The notes under the pieces: generated by a model
Seen by the model: the letters and a program-made list of their open reading frames with translations, nothing else
What the model was told of the DNA's origin: nothing
Database searches by the model: none
Assembly (NCBI GenBank): GCA_964490795.1
Contig: CAZBDY010000003.1
Coordinates: forward strand, 2,752-66,751
Source: Candidatus Woesearchaeota archaeon
GTDB taxonomy: Archaea > Nanobdellota > Nanobdellia > Pacearchaeales > GW2011-AR1
DNA: 64,000 bases
Direction: 5' to 3'
Shown here: positions 63,001 through 64,000 of the stretch, piece by piece
Numbering within the stretch: position 1 is the stretch's first letter
Layout of the letters: every line of letters begins with the position of its first letter
Position numbers and translations under genes: made by a program

Positions 63001-63977
63001 ATGCATTTATCTAAATCCTTCATCATATTTCTTGTATCCTTTCTTAACAAAATACAATAACAGATATTTTCTTTTTTTATTGCTCTGACTGTAGGGCAAT
63101 ATCCGAACTTATTTTTTATATAATCACAAACCCAATCTTTAATTTTTCTATTTCCTGTTGTTAATGAAAAAGGGTTACTGGTTCCTTCTGCTACAAATAA
63201 TCCCAAAAAATAAGCATCATCTTCACTATATCCCTTTTCTGTTTCTAATTCAATTTTTTTTGGACATGCTATTAAATCTCCTTTTTCCAAATCCCCTGTT
63301 TTTTTCCAATTCAAACCATCATCAAAACTCATCAATTTATGCTTTCCAGTTACTTTTAAAACTCTGCCTCTTTTTGTTTTAACAACAAAAAGTTTCTTCA
63401 CCTTTTCTTTATATAAATTTTCAGCCCTTACTACCTGAAATTTTCCATCTACCCAACTCAAAACTTTGATAGTATTAACAGGCACAACATATCCCTCTTC
63501 AAACTTAAATTCAGAATTGTTCTTCTTGTATTTTTCATAAGTTTTTTCTATTTGTTCAACATGCATTCTTGTATCATTAAAATAACAAACATTTGTGTCC
63601 TTACTAACACATTTTCCTGAACCATAAGCTCCAAATGCCTCTGTTATTGCCCTTGTCTCTACCCCTTTTCCTCCTAATAATTCATCCATATTTTTGCTTC
63701 CTGTTGCAATAAATCTTGTCTCTTTTCTTTTTCTTGCATATTCAATACCATCTTGAAATCCTAACTCTAACATATTTCTGGCTGCCTGTATTGCTTTTCT
63801 TGCAACTCCCTCACTTACCCCAGCTATATCAGAAAGCTTAGCAGGAGAAGAAACAGCCAGCCCCATTAAATCATAAATTCCTGCATTTTCAAGTTTAGAA
63901 GCTACTGCTGGTCCAATTCCAGGCAAGTCAGTTAATCCCTGTTCTTTTTCCTCTGCTTCTTGTTCTTTTTTTGCCAT
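60009..63977 (-). CDS. radA: DNA repair and recombination protein RadA interrupted by two inteins (extein 328 aa)
   Basis: HhH N-domain [20 protein letters not shown]; Walker A GAYGSGK|intein|[14 protein letters not shown]; [13 protein letters not shown]; GGNIVGHA|intein|[26 protein letters not shown]. Confidence 0.95.
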   Translation of the reverse strand: MAKKEQEAEEKEQGLTDLPGIGPAVASKLENAGIYDLMGLAVSSPAKLSDIAGVSEGVARKAIQAARNMLELGFQDGIEYARKRKETRFIATGSKNMDELLGGKGVETRAITEAFGAYGSGKCVSKDTNVCYFNDTRMHVEQIEKTYEKYKKNNSEFKFEEGYVVPVNTIKVLSWVDGKFQVVRAENLYKEKVKKLFVVKTKRGRVLKVTGKHKLMSFDDGLNWKKTGDLEKGDLIACPKKIELETEKGYSEDDAYFLGLFVAEGTSNPFSLTTGNRKIKDWVCDYIKNKFGYCPTVRAIKKENICYCILLRKDTRNMMKDLDKCIAANKFIPEAIFLSNKKVIGSFLGGYLDGDGEVAKTDVSATTKSKKLATQISYLLLRLGIASSIKNKIVDNKLFYVVRISGEDRTRIKNILFKAKNFSCNPLNSSYGYPQKIISFISELYRESLGGNRGQIRKQVGKRNMEETIYANLINQYRGKAINSKTLDKIEKVFEEQKNCFLEILNSLKNKLDTELLKKVYPKLPFAFNSLSDKLGLKKNSIRNYYLRKLPQNKSELLKNLIINELRTRIDAIYLALEIISEIRMFNWDIIESIKEVDYNDYVYDFVVPEGHSFIGGNMPTLMHNSQLGFTLAVNVQLPIEKGGANGKAVLIDTEGTFRPARIKEIAEELGANSEKVLKNIFVARAFNSSHQMLLVDKIKDMIKEGEPIKLVVVDSLTAHFRAEYSGRGTLAERQQTLNRYIHDLVMLAEQYNIAIYVTNQVMSNPAVMFGDPTTAIGGNIVGHACLTGDSLIQLGDGSIKTIKDMKQEKVISSSFKEMKLEKADSETVFINPDVKKKYKIKTNNQIKCSPLHRFFTIENFSITEKEAKDLKKGDFVVQAGKVEIKGEEQKLPFTRVKKLGKISQESALEIKEKLKQKGITREQICQNIGITPRQFRRVLNQNYPTYVNVINNLQKNFGLITQMPCYTYKHQNLVLPQMMTPGLAQICGYFVGDGNFENRSLRFRDERKEILENYNFLFEKEFGRKGKISKMKNKNCYTLNINSKEIKNFVKLIFKNIYDYIGKSKKEVIAGFIRGFVDAEGHINKDRAMITISNKDKKILRYLQLFLLRVGIKSTIKFDIGRKNMSILRLNSREVLGYLKIGFTARDKQNQLLRWVRYYDETYIKEMMPVKRKELVDLLKRVGLKPYSVIKHRPEKYVWVNKRELQKAFKFLMNREIKDRQVKQKINFISKLLNSDLSFEKIREIKIEENKKERFYDFSVPENENYIANGFVVHNSTYRMYLRRGKKGSRVAKLIDSPNLPDNECAFFLTKAGIRDEEIKE
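60150..61622 (-). mobile_element. RadA intein 2 (491 aa, LAGLIDADG) between GHA and STYR
   Basis: [14 protein letters not shown] start; CSPLH block B; [11 protein letters not shown] and [11 protein letters not shown]; ends ...[10 protein letters not shown], followed by Ser+1. Confidence 0.9.
62103..63611 (-). mobile_element. RadA intein 1 (503 aa, LAGLIDADG) in the P-loop
   Basis: CVSKDTNV... start; VTGKH block B; [11 protein letters not shown] and [11 protein letters not shown]; ends ...[10 protein letters not shown], followed by Ser+1. Confidence 0.9.
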
Positions 63978-64000
63978 TTTTCCTCTTAAAATAAGACTCT

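Noticed and set aside
1-64000. Possibility that TGA is reassigned genome-wide, prompted by the in-frame TGA at 40074..40076.
   Set aside because: TGA terminates several conserved genes at the expected protein ends, often as ATGA overlaps (rpl3 3427..3429, rpl4, rps17, rpl6, cysN). Standard code usage is supported, and the methyltransferase case is local.

Overview
Very AT-rich archaeal sequence with a DPANN-like gene repertoire (inference from gene content only; I ran no database searches, and family names come from motifs I recognise in the translations).

- **1-17.9 kb, core genes:** a partial AMP phosphorylase, an AI-2E permease, then a complete archaeal ribosomal-protein operon (L3-L4-L23-L2-S19-L22-S3-L29-SUI1-S17-L14-L24-S4e-L5-S14-S8-L6-L32e-L19e-L18-S5-L30-L15-SecY). 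The operon lacks the RNase P subunit gene and adk that are often found there. It is followed by a DUF106/EMC3-like insertase, prefoldin alpha, ribose-1,5-bisphosphate isomerase and a SpoIIM-like membrane protein.
- **17.9-51.5 kb, surface-glycan island headed by aglB:** 4 GT2, 2 GT4, a second GT-C and a MraY-like transferase, with 2 deacetylases, 3 radical SAM enzymes and 3 alkaline-phosphatase-fold proteins. It also holds a sugar dehydrogenase, an epimerase, a methyltransferase, a FemAB-like protein and two flippase-type proteins. An embedded cysD-cysN operon sits among them.
- **51.6-64 kb:** secDF, three tRNAs (Gly, Arg, and an intron-containing Leu), a tRNA-flanked DUF6884/GIY-YIG plus PIN gene pair, Nop10, EndoQ, ndk and radA.

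Most notable observations:
- Four LAGLIDADG inteins lie in three genes: two in RadA, one in EndoQ, and one inside the Cys triad of a B12-radical SAM enzyme. The radical SAM and EndoQ inteins are clearly related to each other.
- A C-terminal L-x-[AG]-L-G-Y-[IM] tail is shared by CysD, an upstream RHH regulator and a 37-aa acidic protein.
- A TATA box sits at a fixed distance of about 29 nt from the ATG of operon-first genes, implying leaderless mRNAs. One perfectly symmetric bidirectional TATA serves two divergent genes.
- An in-frame TGA splits a methyltransferase.
- A duplicated leader hairpin carries compensatory base changes between its two copies.
- A 101-bp tandem duplication contains the 3' end of tRNA-Leu.
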